Of a stretch of 60,000 nt of DNA, positions 11,501-23,748 are shown in pieces (the stretch's first letter is position 1; each line of letters starts with the position of its first letter). The stretch is from Botryllus schlosseri (taxonomy: Eukaryota). Under the pieces are notes generated by a model. That model saw nothing but the letters and a program-made list of their open reading frames with translations, had not been told where the DNA came from and made no database searches. The stretch covers positions 36,768,001 to 36,828,000 of the forward strand of contig CM119372.1 of assembly GCA_051294905.1 (NCBI GenBank), written 5' to 3'. The position numbers and the translations under genes were made by a program.

Positions 11501-13611
11501 CCAACCAAGCCTTCAGGATATGTCCATGTCATAGCAATAAATCAGCTACTCCAACAACAGAGTACATATGTTTTTAGTTACGGTGCTTACATCTTACACA
11601 CAAATCAATCTACTTTGCTAACAAAAAGTGCTGGGTCATCAAGTGATTACCCTAACAACAAAACAGCTAAACGTACTATCATACAAAATGGCCGTTATAG
11701 TCACCAACGGTACATGGTACAAGTAACAAGTCTCGAGAATCCAGTTATTGAAAAAACATGAAAGTGTTTCTCCTGCGCCAAGTCGTTATGTTGACGAAAG
11801 CGTATATTGTAATATCATGATCGATTTGCATTCGTTGGTCACAAAATGTCACTACTCTAAATAATTATTTTTCACTCAAACACAAACGCATACTTGTCGC
11901 CAATCGTTTTCATCAAGCACGAGTTCAAGAAACCTGCTACGACATGAATTGTTATTTTTTTTATGTTGTGTAAATAGGTAATAATTAATTTTAGTAACAC
12001 TATATCAACATCATCTAGTTGCGCGAATAGATTTACACGTGGTCTTGTGGTTTTAATCGAAGTATACAGCACGGTCTAATGTAGAGTCATCTCTACTGTA
12101 CAGCAACTCGGTAATCGAAATGCATTAAAATTTAAACAACGATCTTGTTTCGTCGCACCAAAAATATGTTTACTATCGCGATACTCTGCACAGGACGTGT
12201 AAATCCTTTTCACACTCGTAATAGTATACCAACAGCTACCGGCGACAACGTTTAACAATACCAACGACACTAAAAAACGATACCTACCCAAGTAAAATTA
12301 CCATTTTCACCTGGAGGTCGGTCGTTACCCGAGTAGAAATACCATTGTCCTTTGGAAATTTATCGTATACCCAGTGTAACAATCCCCTTTTCACTTGGAA
12401 ATATATTTTTGACCTGGATAACAAACCCCTTTTCACTTGGAAATCTATTTTTGCCCTGGATAACAAACCTTTTTCACTTGGAAATATATTTTTTCTCTTG
12501 GTAACAAACCTTTTTCACTTGGAAATATATTTTTTCTCTGGTTAACAAACCTTTTTCACTTGGAAATATATTTTTTCTCTGGTTAACAAACCTTTTTCAC
12601 TTGGAAATATATTTTTTCTCTGGTTAACAAACCTTTTTCCCTGAGCAACAAACCATTTTCACTTGGTGGTCCGTCGTTTACCCGAGTAAAAATATCATTT
12701 TCTTTTGGAGATCCGGCGTTTACCCAGTGTAACAATACATTTTCACTTGGAAAAATACTTTTACCTAGAGTAACTAATCATTTTCTCCTGGGTAACAAAC
12801 CCTTTTCGTCTGGAAACTATCATTTACCTGAGTACCAATACAGTTTTCACTTGGAAATCTACCTTCTCCCTGGGTAACAATATCATTTTCGTTTTGAAAA
12901 CTGACAACCACACCCGACAATTTGATATTTTTGTATATTGTTACAACGAACAGTGCCAAAATATACACCAACAACGACCCCGATACATTTGTTTAATCAA
13001 ATATTCACTTGTTCTGATTCATCCCATCAAAATCATTGGGTACTCGCATGCAATAACAATGTGCTGTTGTACATCGACATGTATGTTTTCGGAATTGGCG
13101 AATAAAGCGGTTTCCGATATGTCCGTGATGTCCGGGTTCGTGCTTTGGATTTTTCAGAGTCAGAATGTCTGAATAAAACACCTCATCGACTTTGGTAACT
13201 GGTTGATACATGGATAATGAATTTATGTTCCCCATCGCGCTAACAACACCTGGTTACTTGTGAGTTTCCTCAGATCTGTTTACTATATTGTGTCTTTACT
13301 GGTCAATACATTTCGCTCCAGTCAGCTGAAACCGGATCACTAATATGAGAAAGTGTGTGAACCGGATCCGGATATTCACTCATGAACCAACGACCAATAT
13401 TCAAGTAAACATGTTACAGACCGTGTTTTGTCTCCATGAAAAATACCAATGCATACACCATCACATCAAGTACGTCGCGATTGTTCACAAGTATTCGCGT
13501 AAACCAGGTGTACATACAATGTGTCGGTGTACAAACATCACGGAAAACAAATTCATGTTCTCAAGTCTCATCATGCGACGACTCTGTACATTCAATGTGG
13601 GCATAGATGAC
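11501..13611. repeat. Left arm of 2.1-kb inverted repeat
   Basis: Reverse complement of 14593-16703 (position x pairs with 28204-x); mirrored ORFs have identical translations (e.g. 11872-12072 - / 16132-16332 +). Confidence 0.97.
12290..12890. repeat. Minisatellite, 41-42-bp unit built on ~21-bp subunits (mirror copy ~15314-15914)
   Basis: GTTAACAAACCTTTTTCACTTGGAAATATATTTTTTCTCTG at 12541, 12582, 12623 with diverged flanking units. Confidence 0.9.
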
Positions 13612-14592
13612 ACATGGTATGATACAATGAACAGGGCATTATGCGTACCGATATATTCTCAGTCAAATATGCGAACCATTAATAACCATATACCCTGATT
13701 TTCGCTGAATATCCACAACACCAACAAATCTGTACATTTCTTTTCCCTCGACCTCGATGATAGAGTCGTCATCCCAATGTACCAATCGAGTGTATGGTTC
13801 ATCAGGTGTAAAATCCAAATCAAATGCCACCAAGGTATCGTTTTTCATTTTCAATATTTCCACCGCTGCATCTTGTCTGTGTCGTAAAACCACGGCGTGG
13901 GGCCAAAGGAATCTATGGAACGTTACGCGTAGTCCCATATTCACTCGTGGATATAGTCAGGTAACGACAACGTTTTCTCAATGGTCTGTGTGGGTACACC
14001 GTTTCAATACGCAGCTGGATCAACTAGACCAAAAGTTTCCAACCGCGGTTTATGTTGACCTGTAGAATTACGAGACAGCACCCTCTTGTGGCGTGATTAA
14101 CACGAAATCAGTCTTCGACCCGCAGAGATTCACCTCGGATTACATTATCAAATCGTAATCGAACTCGAGATTCACACACACACACACAGAGAGTCCATGT
14201 TTACGATTTCAATGTGGAGTCACTGCTCACGATGTTTATCTGTAGTCGTTATGTGGGAGTAGCGACATCTAACATATTCATCGCGTGAAAGATTGATAAC
14301 GATGGTGATCGCCAAATACATTATGTCGGGTGAAACACTGCGGTCTCGGCGAAAAAGTTAGCAGGTTATGACCAACAATGCGCAGGGATTGAGCGAGTTA
14401 CGCAACACGATTATGTCGAGGTCTTGATCACGATGCAAGTCTACCTGAGAATCCGAACAATCTTGCAAAATCAAGGTGTGAACCCGTGAAAGGGTTGTAC
14501 TCGTGTGAGATTGATTTTTCACAAGTTGGGTGGAGGTTGGTTCATACTAAGACCATGTTACGTCCAAATATGGCTGCTTGCCTGTCCCCCAA

Positions 14593-16703
14593 GTCATCTA
14601 TGCCCACATTGAATGTACAGAGTCGTCGCATGATGAGACTTGAGAACATGAATTTGTTTTCCGTGATGTTTGTACACCGACACATTGTATGTACACCTGG
14701 TTTACGCGAATACTTGTGAACAATCGCGACGTACTTGATGTGATGGTGTATGCATTGGTATTTTTCATGGAGACAAAACACGGTCTGTAACATGTTTACT
14801 TGAATATTGGTCGTTGGTTCATGAGTGAATATCCGGATCCGGTTCACACACTTTCTCATATTAGTGATCCGGTTTCAGCTGACTGGAGCGAAATGTATTG
14901 ACCAGTAAAGACACAATATAGTAAACAGATCTGAGGAAACTCACAAGTAACCAGGTGTTGTTAGCGCGATGGGGAACATAAATTCATTATCCATGTATCA
15001 ACCAGTTACCAAAGTCGATGAGGTGTTTTATTCAGACATTCTGACTCTGAAAAATCCAAAGCACGAACCCGGACATCACGGACATATCGGAAACCGCTTT
15101 ATTCGCCAATTCCGAAAACATACATGTCGATGTACAACAGCACATTGTTATTGCATGCGAGTACCCAATGATTTTGATGGGATGAATCAGAACAAGTGAA
15201 TATTTGATTAAACAAATGTATCGGGGTCGTTGTTGGTGTATATTTTGGCACTGTTCGTTGTAACAATATACAAAAATATCAAATTGTCGGGTGTGGTTGT
15301 CAGTTTTCAAAACGAAAATGATATTGTTACCCAGGGAGAAGGTAGATTTCCAAGTGAAAACTGTATTGGTACTCAGGTAAATGATAGTTTCCAGACGAAA
15401 AGGGTTTGTTACCCAGGAGAAAATGATTAGTTACTCTAGGTAAAAGTATTTTTCCAAGTGAAAATGTATTGTTACACTGGGTAAACGCCGGATCTCCAAA
15501 AGAAAATGATATTTTTACTCGGGTAAACGACGGACCACCAAGTGAAAATGGTTTGTTGCTCAGGGAAAAAGGTTTGTTAACCAGAGAAAAAATATATTTC
15601 CAAGTGAAAAAGGTTTGTTAACCAGAGAAAAAATATATTTCCAAGTGAAAAAGGTTTGTTAACCAGAGAAAAAATATATTTCCAAGTGAAAAAGGTTTGT
15701 TACCAAGAGAAAAAATATATTTCCAAGTGAAAAAGGTTTGTTATCCAGGGCAAAAATAGATTTCCAAGTGAAAAGGGGTTTGTTATCCAGGTCAAAAATA
15801 TATTTCCAAGTGAAAAGGGGATTGTTACACTGGGTATACGATAAATTTCCAAAGGACAATGGTATTTCTACTCGGGTAACGACCGACCTCCAGGTGAAAA
15901 TGGTAATTTTACTTGGGTAGGTATCGTTTTTTAGTGTCGTTGGTATTGTTAAACGTTGTCGCCGGTAGCTGTTGGTATACTATTACGAGTGTGAAAAGGA
16001 TTTACACGTCCTGTGCAGAGTATCGCGATAGTAAACATATTTTTGGTGCGACGAAACAAGATCGTTGTTTAAATTTTAATGCATTTCGATTACCGAGTTG
16101 CTGTACAGTAGAGATGACTCTACATTAGACCGTGCTGTATACTTCGATTAAAACCACAAGACCACGTGTAAATCTATTCGCGCAACTAGATGATGTTGAT
16201 ATAGTGTTACTAAAATTAATTATTACCTATTTACACAACATAAAAAAAATAACAATTCATGTCGTAGCAGGTTTCTTGAACTCGTGCTTGATGAAAACGA
16301 TTGGCGACAAGTATGCGTTTGTGTTTGAGTGAAAAATAATTATTTAGAGTAGTGACATTTTGTGACCAACGAATGCAAATCGATCATGATATTACAATAT
16401 ACGCTTTCGTCAACATAACGACTTGGCGCAGGAGAAACACTTTCATGTTTTTTCAATAACTGGATTCTCGAGACTTGTTACTTGTACCATGTACCGTTGG
16501 TGACTATAACGGCCATTTTGTATGATAGTACGTTTAGCTGTTTTGTTGTTAGGGTAATCACTTGATGACCCAGCACTTTTTGTTAGCAAAGTAGATTGAT
16601 TTGTGTGTAAGATGTAAGCACCGTAACTAAAAACATATGTACTCTGTTGTTGGAGTAGCTGATTTATTGCTATGACATGGACATATCCTGAAGGCTTGGT
16701 TGG
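14593..16703. repeat. Right arm of 2.1-kb inverted repeat
   Basis: GTCATCTATGC at 14593 mirrors GCATAGATGAC ending 13611; GGCTTGGTTGG ending 16703 mirrors CCAACCAAGCC at 11501. Confidence 0.97.
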
Positions 16704-19539
16704 TTTGTTGTTTTACGAAAGATGACGCGACCTCGGTGTCGTAAATTGTGTTAACTAAACTCGGGTGGATACCACAATTGTGCTGGACTTACACCACCAA
16801 TCATTGTACAGGTTTGTAGCATGAGCGAATATTTTCGTGTAACATGAATATCTTTCATATACACTTAGTATGAAATGAGATGTGTGGAACAATAATTAGT
16901 GTCGTACAAAGTGTTGTGTTTGATTGCTTACTTTTTATCAATGTCTATGTGATGTTAAAAGACGACTGAGTTTTCATTTACATTAAGCGGAGAAACTCAT
17001 GTAATAAATTTTACTCATTTGAAAATCGACTCGCGTGAAAATACCGATTAACAGTATCAATATGAGCAGTATGTTATTTTTCGCGATATGCAACCAATCT
17101 TCTAAGCATAACTTGTCAAAATTTATCGTGTCATAGAAAAGTCGGCTGTTACGAATTCGAAACAAATGTACTTCGGTTATCACGACAAAGGGAATTGAGA
17201 TCAACGCAGTATTTCGGAAGTGAATGTGTATCGTTTGGTATGTTCAGCAATCACTAAATGATAAAAATATGAAACTGTGCATACAACTCGGTTAGGTAAA
17301 CGATACAGTTACAAGTCGGATGTGATCTCGATTTACAGATGACAGCTTGATGATGTAAAGCTCAACCACTCCAGTGTGTGTGTTTATTGCAAAGTATTTG
17401 ACACAAACAAAATATTGAACGTAGGTCCACCACTTGGTTTCATTACGAGGTGAGTGAAAATTGTTTTCTGTTGGTCAGGTATGATTTGCATTTAGAAAAA
17501 CGCTCTATGCCGATTAAGCGACGCTGTTTAATATCATAATCCGATGACTGAGTGAAATTTCCTTATGGTTTGATTTAGCGAGTTAATTACCGGCGATTCA
17601 ATCACATACAAGTAAGATCTTTTACGGGATGAGTATTGTGACAACATATACTTTGACGAATGACAATGCGGAGAAATTTCCGATTTCTTTGGTCGTGAGC
17701 GTTCTACAAATATTTCCGGCATACATTTAGCAAGCAACCTACAATATTCTTTTGTTATGGTAATGACTTTCACAAGTTTGGTTTTATGATTACAATTACT
17801 TATTTAAATGATAATTTATGATCACTACTTTGAGTAACAATACAAACACATTTTGTAGATTTCAGTGCAGCGCCTATTGCGATTTTGTTAATGCTATGAG
17901 TTTTGTGTATTACTCAAGTCTAGTAGAATAGGATGCGTCCAGTAAAGATATTCCAAACGAAATTGTTGTGTCATCTTTAGTCTTGGTTACTGGAAACAAC
18001 TACATTTGTAAAAATATTTTCTGATATCCGTAATACACAGAGTGATTTGTACCAACACGGAATATCTTTCAAACCAAGAATATTTCAGACAAGTATAGTT
18101 TTACAAATCAATATGTTAATAACCACGGCGGTGAAAAGTTTGTTGCTGTCATAATAACCTTTACCACAACGCCGGGTCTAATTAACGCGAATAATTTAAT
18201 AATCAAGTCATGATCAACTATTACATATGTCAAATCCATGTGTCAATCCTTATGTTTACAGCATGATAACTTTCAATGTAATACCGGTGTTCGATCGTAT
18301 AAAATGAATTCTTAACTACGTTGGTCAGACATTCAAATATCATATACTCAAAACATATGTTAATCTCAAGTCGCCGACACCGAGAAGTAATTACTTTTGT
18401 CTTACAAAATATACCACATAGTAATTTCTTTGTCTTGTGGAATAGTAACGACTTTTACAGTTGAATAAAAGTACGAGTTGGTGGACTATGAATACAACCG
18501 AACTTGCTATGGATTTTGGATTGTGGTGATTACTCGCGTAGTCTTGTCTACTGTTCATAAGGATACTTTTTGCTTTGGTTGGGTAAGTTACAAACGGATT
18601 GACTTGACAAGGTTTTTTGTATTTTACTCTTTTGTGTATGGGAAGATGTTAAAATGTTGAGACGTAATACTATTTCCGTTCACTCGATTACAACAAAACA
18701 AAAAAAACCGATAGCTTGTTCAAGGTTTCGATAAATAGATTGAAATATTCCGATTTAACTCATCGCGTCACAAGTCGATCGCGGTATGCACAAGTGGTTG
18801 TCAAGTTAGAAATATTTACAACAGGTGCTATTTCATTGAATGATTCTATTGTGTGTAGTAACACATTAAAATATCGCGATAGTATTTACTGAAACTGACA
18901 AACGGAAAACTCAGTCGTGAATAGAGTTGTAAGTTTCAAGGATTGTTTCAAACTATAATCTTGAAATGTGACTGGATCAAAGTTAGTAGTCATGTTTGTC
19001 AAAGTCCAAATATTTCATTTTGGATTATCTGGATTTACCTTTAGTACATCCCGCGAATGGATTCCGATGCGGTACTATAACATTTTTGATAATAATGACT
19101 CAAGGATTTTCAATCAACAATACTGGAATTTTTTGGTAATGCTAGAGTTGCCAAATGATTAGTTGCGTGTTTTTGTTAAGTGTTTGATTTCAAGTTAATA
19201 AAGACAATAACTGTGTAATGCACATACTTGTGATTCTTGATTCTTGTAGAGTTATAGTTGGTATTGATTCTATAAGTGTGAAAACAGCGGCGAATGCGCG
19301 AATAATTCGATGTAGCTGAAAGTCGGCGTCAGTAATATTCGGGTTACGTTCGATTCAACAAAAACGCGTTAAGGGATTTGTCAAAGGATTAGAGTTGTGC
19401 CGATTTAAAACATTCAGATACGAATCGACTTGATTTGTGTAGTGAGTTTCATTTCAAGTTGATAAACACATTGATTGAATATTTTCATGGATCTTATCAC
19501 GCAACTAAAGTCAGCCGCTATTCTGGAGGCGTGAAACAT

Positions 19540-20100
19540 ATAGCGATCGCGGGCAAGTGACAAATTGTCGGTTTTCGAATCACCGCCTGCGACGGTTCTG
19601 TGACAAACTAATTACCGAAATATTACCTTGTGGGCGGGTATGAGGGATTGTTATGTCTGAAGCATTATCCGGTGAGTGGTCGTCGGATTTTAAAATTATC
19701 ACACCCTTTTGAATAAGCGTTCACTTCACAAAGGATTAGGGTTAGAGCGGAAATAAGTGACAATTTGTCGCTATTCAAGTTACCGCGGTCTGTTATTCGT
19801 TACTTGTTAAATCTTACCAGCGATATCAAGTTCTGTGACAAACTGATTACTAAAATTTCACCGCGTGAGCGATCAATATGCCTGTAACACCAAGTCGTGA
19901 AAGATGGTTATGACCGAGACATTATCTTGTCAGCGATCGCGGGGTTTTGCAAACTATTTCACAGCTATTTGAAGTGGTAATTTGTGACCGTTGTTATTGT
20001 TGATATTCGAATCACCGTCTACGCCGGCTCTGTGGTAAACTAAATACCAAAATATTACCTTGCAAGTGATTCCTAGACTTAGCAAACTATTTCACACCTT
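19540..20100. repeat. Degenerate ~220-bp tandem repeat (about 3 copies)
   Basis: Recurrent AAGTGACAA(A/T)TTGTCG, TTCGAATCACCG, (T)CTGTG(A/G)(C/T)AAACT..TTAC..AAAT motifs at ~19555-19630, ~19755-19860, ~20005-20060. Confidence 0.65.
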
Positions 20101-20109
20101 TTTTGCTGA

Positions 20110-21063
20110 AAGTACGACATACCGCCCGCAGTCTATACCGAAAGTACGAATCACGACCGCATCCATAAGACGCAATAGCCGCATGCGACCCCCGCCGTAA
20201 GAAATAAGAGCCGCATGCCAACACGAGTTTCCAATACGACATGCGAGAGATGCCTATACCCGAAAGTACGAATCACGACCGCGTCCATAAGAATCCATTA
20301 CGAATCACGGGAAAGTACGAATCACGACCACGAGTTTTCATTACGATTCAGGAATAGTGTAATATTCGATAGTAGCGGCTGGACGAGAAATAATTCAGCG
20401 CGCAGGTCATTCGAAATATAGGTTGCACTGCTTAATCCTCACGACAAACCACGTTTCCGTTTGTGCGGTTATTGTTGGCGACTCGTACATATTCAACACC
20501 ACGCGAGAGATGCCTGAAAGTGCGAATCACCACCACCGCCTATAGCAAAAAAGGCGAGTCACGACCACGAGTTTTCACGGCGAATCACCGCCACCGCCTA
20601 TAGCAAAAAAGGCGAATCACGACCGCATCCATAAGAACTCATGGTGAGTCACCACAGATCCCGTAAGAATACATGACAGACACATTTATCGTCGTTAGCA
20701 TGTCACCGCACGTATACCAAAAAACATTAGCATGCCACCACAAGTTTTCACGTTAGCATATGCCGCCGCCGTCTATACCCGAAAAAGGTAACCATGTCGC
20801 CGCACCCATAAGACACAGTGGCACCATGCGACCGCAGCCTATAGTTATAAGGGTCACCATGCCACCACGAATTTCACGGCACCATGCCGCCGCAGCCTAT
20901 ACCCGAAAAGGTAACCATGCCACCGCAGCCATAAGACACAATGGCACCATGCCACCCCCGCCATAAGACATAAGGGTCACCATGCCACCCCCGGTTTCTC
21001 GGCACCATGCCACCCCGCCCATAAGAAACCAATGGCGCATCACGAGAGATCTACTATACTACT
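20110..21063 (-). mobile_element. Polinton/Maverick-like terminus with subterminal tandem repeats
   Basis: Ends CTACTATACTACT (5'-AGTAGTATAGTAG on -), preceded by ~950 bp of ~28-30-bp repeats (CACCATGCCACCCC..CATAAGA / CGAATCACGACCGC) with ~124-bp higher-order units. AG(T)-repeat termini are characteristic of Polintons; no Polinton core gene recognised. Confidence 0.6.
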
Positions 21064-23748
21064 AATGTCAGTTCTGACGCATTGGCAGATCCAGGGTCCA
21101 GCAGCCACATTTTTAGTAAATCGTCGTACATTACAATAAACTAAAAAAGTAGTAAAATTTTTCTTCATGCTTCGCGTATTTAATTGCCACGCGATTTCTT
21201 TCTCTGTAGCCTACCCCCACCTGAAAATGAAAAAAACGCCTGATTTAGCCGATTGAGTCTAGCTATATTAGCAATTACGAGAGAAAGTATATTCGCGTTT
21301 GCGCTCGCAGAAAGATCGTCGACGATGAAATGTAGGCACAAAATTATTGTCGTATATTAGCGAAATCTTCGATATCGATATGTCCAGATGCCGAATAGTG
21401 CTGTCCTTGCACACTATGCCCAGCGGGCGGTGGTATACAGTCGACCCACAATATACCCAAGTAATAATAATATTAACTTTGAAAAGTTTACGCGCCTGGT
21501 GCGGCTAGTGGGCAACGCACTCGTTCGTCAATTTCATGTGGCCGTTTAGCCGAAAAGGTTGGCCACCTCTGGTCTATATAGATTACTAATTTACCCGTAG
21601 GTTAGTTATCTATAGTAATCTAGAGTCAAATCCTTACTGGAGTGAATGACGATGATGCGCAGTAATGAATTCCAATAACATGCATAATTGCATACTCAAT
21701 AACACTGTCCAATTTCGCAGCTCTATTAAAGAATTATCACGAAAAAACGAGTATTTGCTCATCCGATTCATAGCAACAATGAGATGGAATTTCTCGGCTC
21801 GTGCTCGTCATATCGACATGTGCAACGAAATCACGTTTTCATCGTCTCTCCCATTTCGCGTAATACTTAGGGATCATGATCATTATGTTCGAACCGTATA
21901 CAATTGGCCAATGAGGTTATGTGCTGATGATGAAATTGCGGGCATGCCGGATACCCACAATATTCACAGGCATATTTCGCATACCGAGGTTCGGCACTAA
22001 TGTATGAAAATTGAACATTGAACCAACGACTGCTTTGCTGTTAAATCCCCAGGAGCATGGTTAGTCGGAAAAGGTAGCGCCAAAGAGGAAAAGATTCTTA
22101 ATTTCGCGTAGGCCTGCTGTTGAATTATGTGAACTCAGCAGATATGGTTGTTGCATATTTAACAGCATCTTATGAAATACGTCGGAACCGGAGCTACCCC
22201 GCAAATAACAGGCTCCAGCGTCGGCTTTGGCTCCGGCTGAATTTTATATAGAGCTCCAGCTCCGGTAAAAATGCACAGCTCTGGGGCTACGGCTCCAAAG
22301 CCCTGATACAGATACCAATTATCGGACCAACTGTTTGTATTTTGGTGTATTGTGATCTTCCAAAAGCTTTTATTTACTACATCCTAGAAAGATTCCATGC
22401 CGTGAACACCTTTCTTAATCTGAAGCTTGAAGCTGCTATTTTGATAGTGAAACTAGGCACACTAACTTTATTGCTTCAGCAAAAAATTTCTAATTACAAG
22501 TCAAAAGAGATTGACATGTATCAGTGTTGTAGTTAAGCCTTATAAGGACAGATTCAATAGCTTTATGCTCCTTTTTCAACTTGGTAGACTGAGCAATTTG
22601 TATACGGGACAAAGTTTAAACTGTTGTGCAAAATTACAATTTTTAGGCTTGACAGTGACAAGCTGCCGAGGGCAGCATAACGACAAAAATTAGGAGCTGG
22701 GCCCGGAAGATCATGTTAATATTGATTGAATAACTGACAACGACAATTGGGTTCTTCAGACTAAATTATCAATTTATGTGCAGTATATTAGTAAAAAAAT
22801 TAGATTTACTTCCCAACTAGTGAAATAATTAGAAGGTAAATACCGTGATTTGGGCTTTTTAGGAACATATACGTATCTTCTAAACTAGAGTCAATCTGGC
22901 AAATCTAATGTGATGTTCGTAATCAGCAACGTTTAAAACCCCTGAAATGAATCTTATATGTTCTGCCAAAATTTTTCTGTTTCATTTTGTTGACGAATGT
23001 TATATACGCTTTCATTGGCGAAAGTATCAGCAGTCCGGTATGAAGACGCGAAGGTATACGTTATTTAGTTGAAGTACGGATTGGTCACCTCTGACCCACA
23101 ATCAGTAATGAATCGATCATCGTTCAACTCGCAACGCATGCAGGGTATAACCGACCCGCGACGGAATGTCCCTACATTTGTTTGCATCTAAGCGTTATAG
23201 CAATTCCTTAGAAAATATGAAAGCACTGCAAAGCGCAAAAATCTGATCCCATCCGACACATTGTGAGCGTGGGAACGTGGATTACGGTACAAACGCAACT
23301 TAATTTGGGTGAGGAAAAGGGATATTTGTCAGTCTAATCGTGAAAAGATAAGGTATCTGGTATATTAGAAAAATTGAATAGAAAACTTTAATACTTACAA
23401 ATGAGTCGCGACCCACCAAAAATAGCTTTCCGACCCACCGTTTGGGAAACACTGAACTAGGCCATACAGGAAGCAGCAGTAGTGACAGAAGGTAGTTGGA
23501 CATGCTGACTTATGAAAGTATTTTTGTATCTCTAAACGTGAAAAAATACAAAATCTTACACTTTGATTTGATGCAATAAATTATCGGTGTCGCTATTGAG
23601 AGAAAAGCTTTGACATCCCTGAAACATCGCTCCTGTTATTTGCTATTCAGCAGAAACATGCAACATAGCTGCTATTTATATACGTGCATCACCAATGACT
23701 ATTTTATTTCCATTTTATATAGTAGTTCCAAATTTTAATGAACTTCAG

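Noticed and set aside
12290..12890. CRISPR-like array
   Set aside because: Units are contiguous with no unique spacers; eukaryotic context; no cas genes.
13345..14859. Shufflon-like switch (ORFs 13345-13698 and 14542-14859 share an N-terminus but differ at the C-terminus)
   Set aside because: A trivial consequence of the inverted repeat; inverting the spacer would not change the products, and the likelier coding strand is the opposite one.
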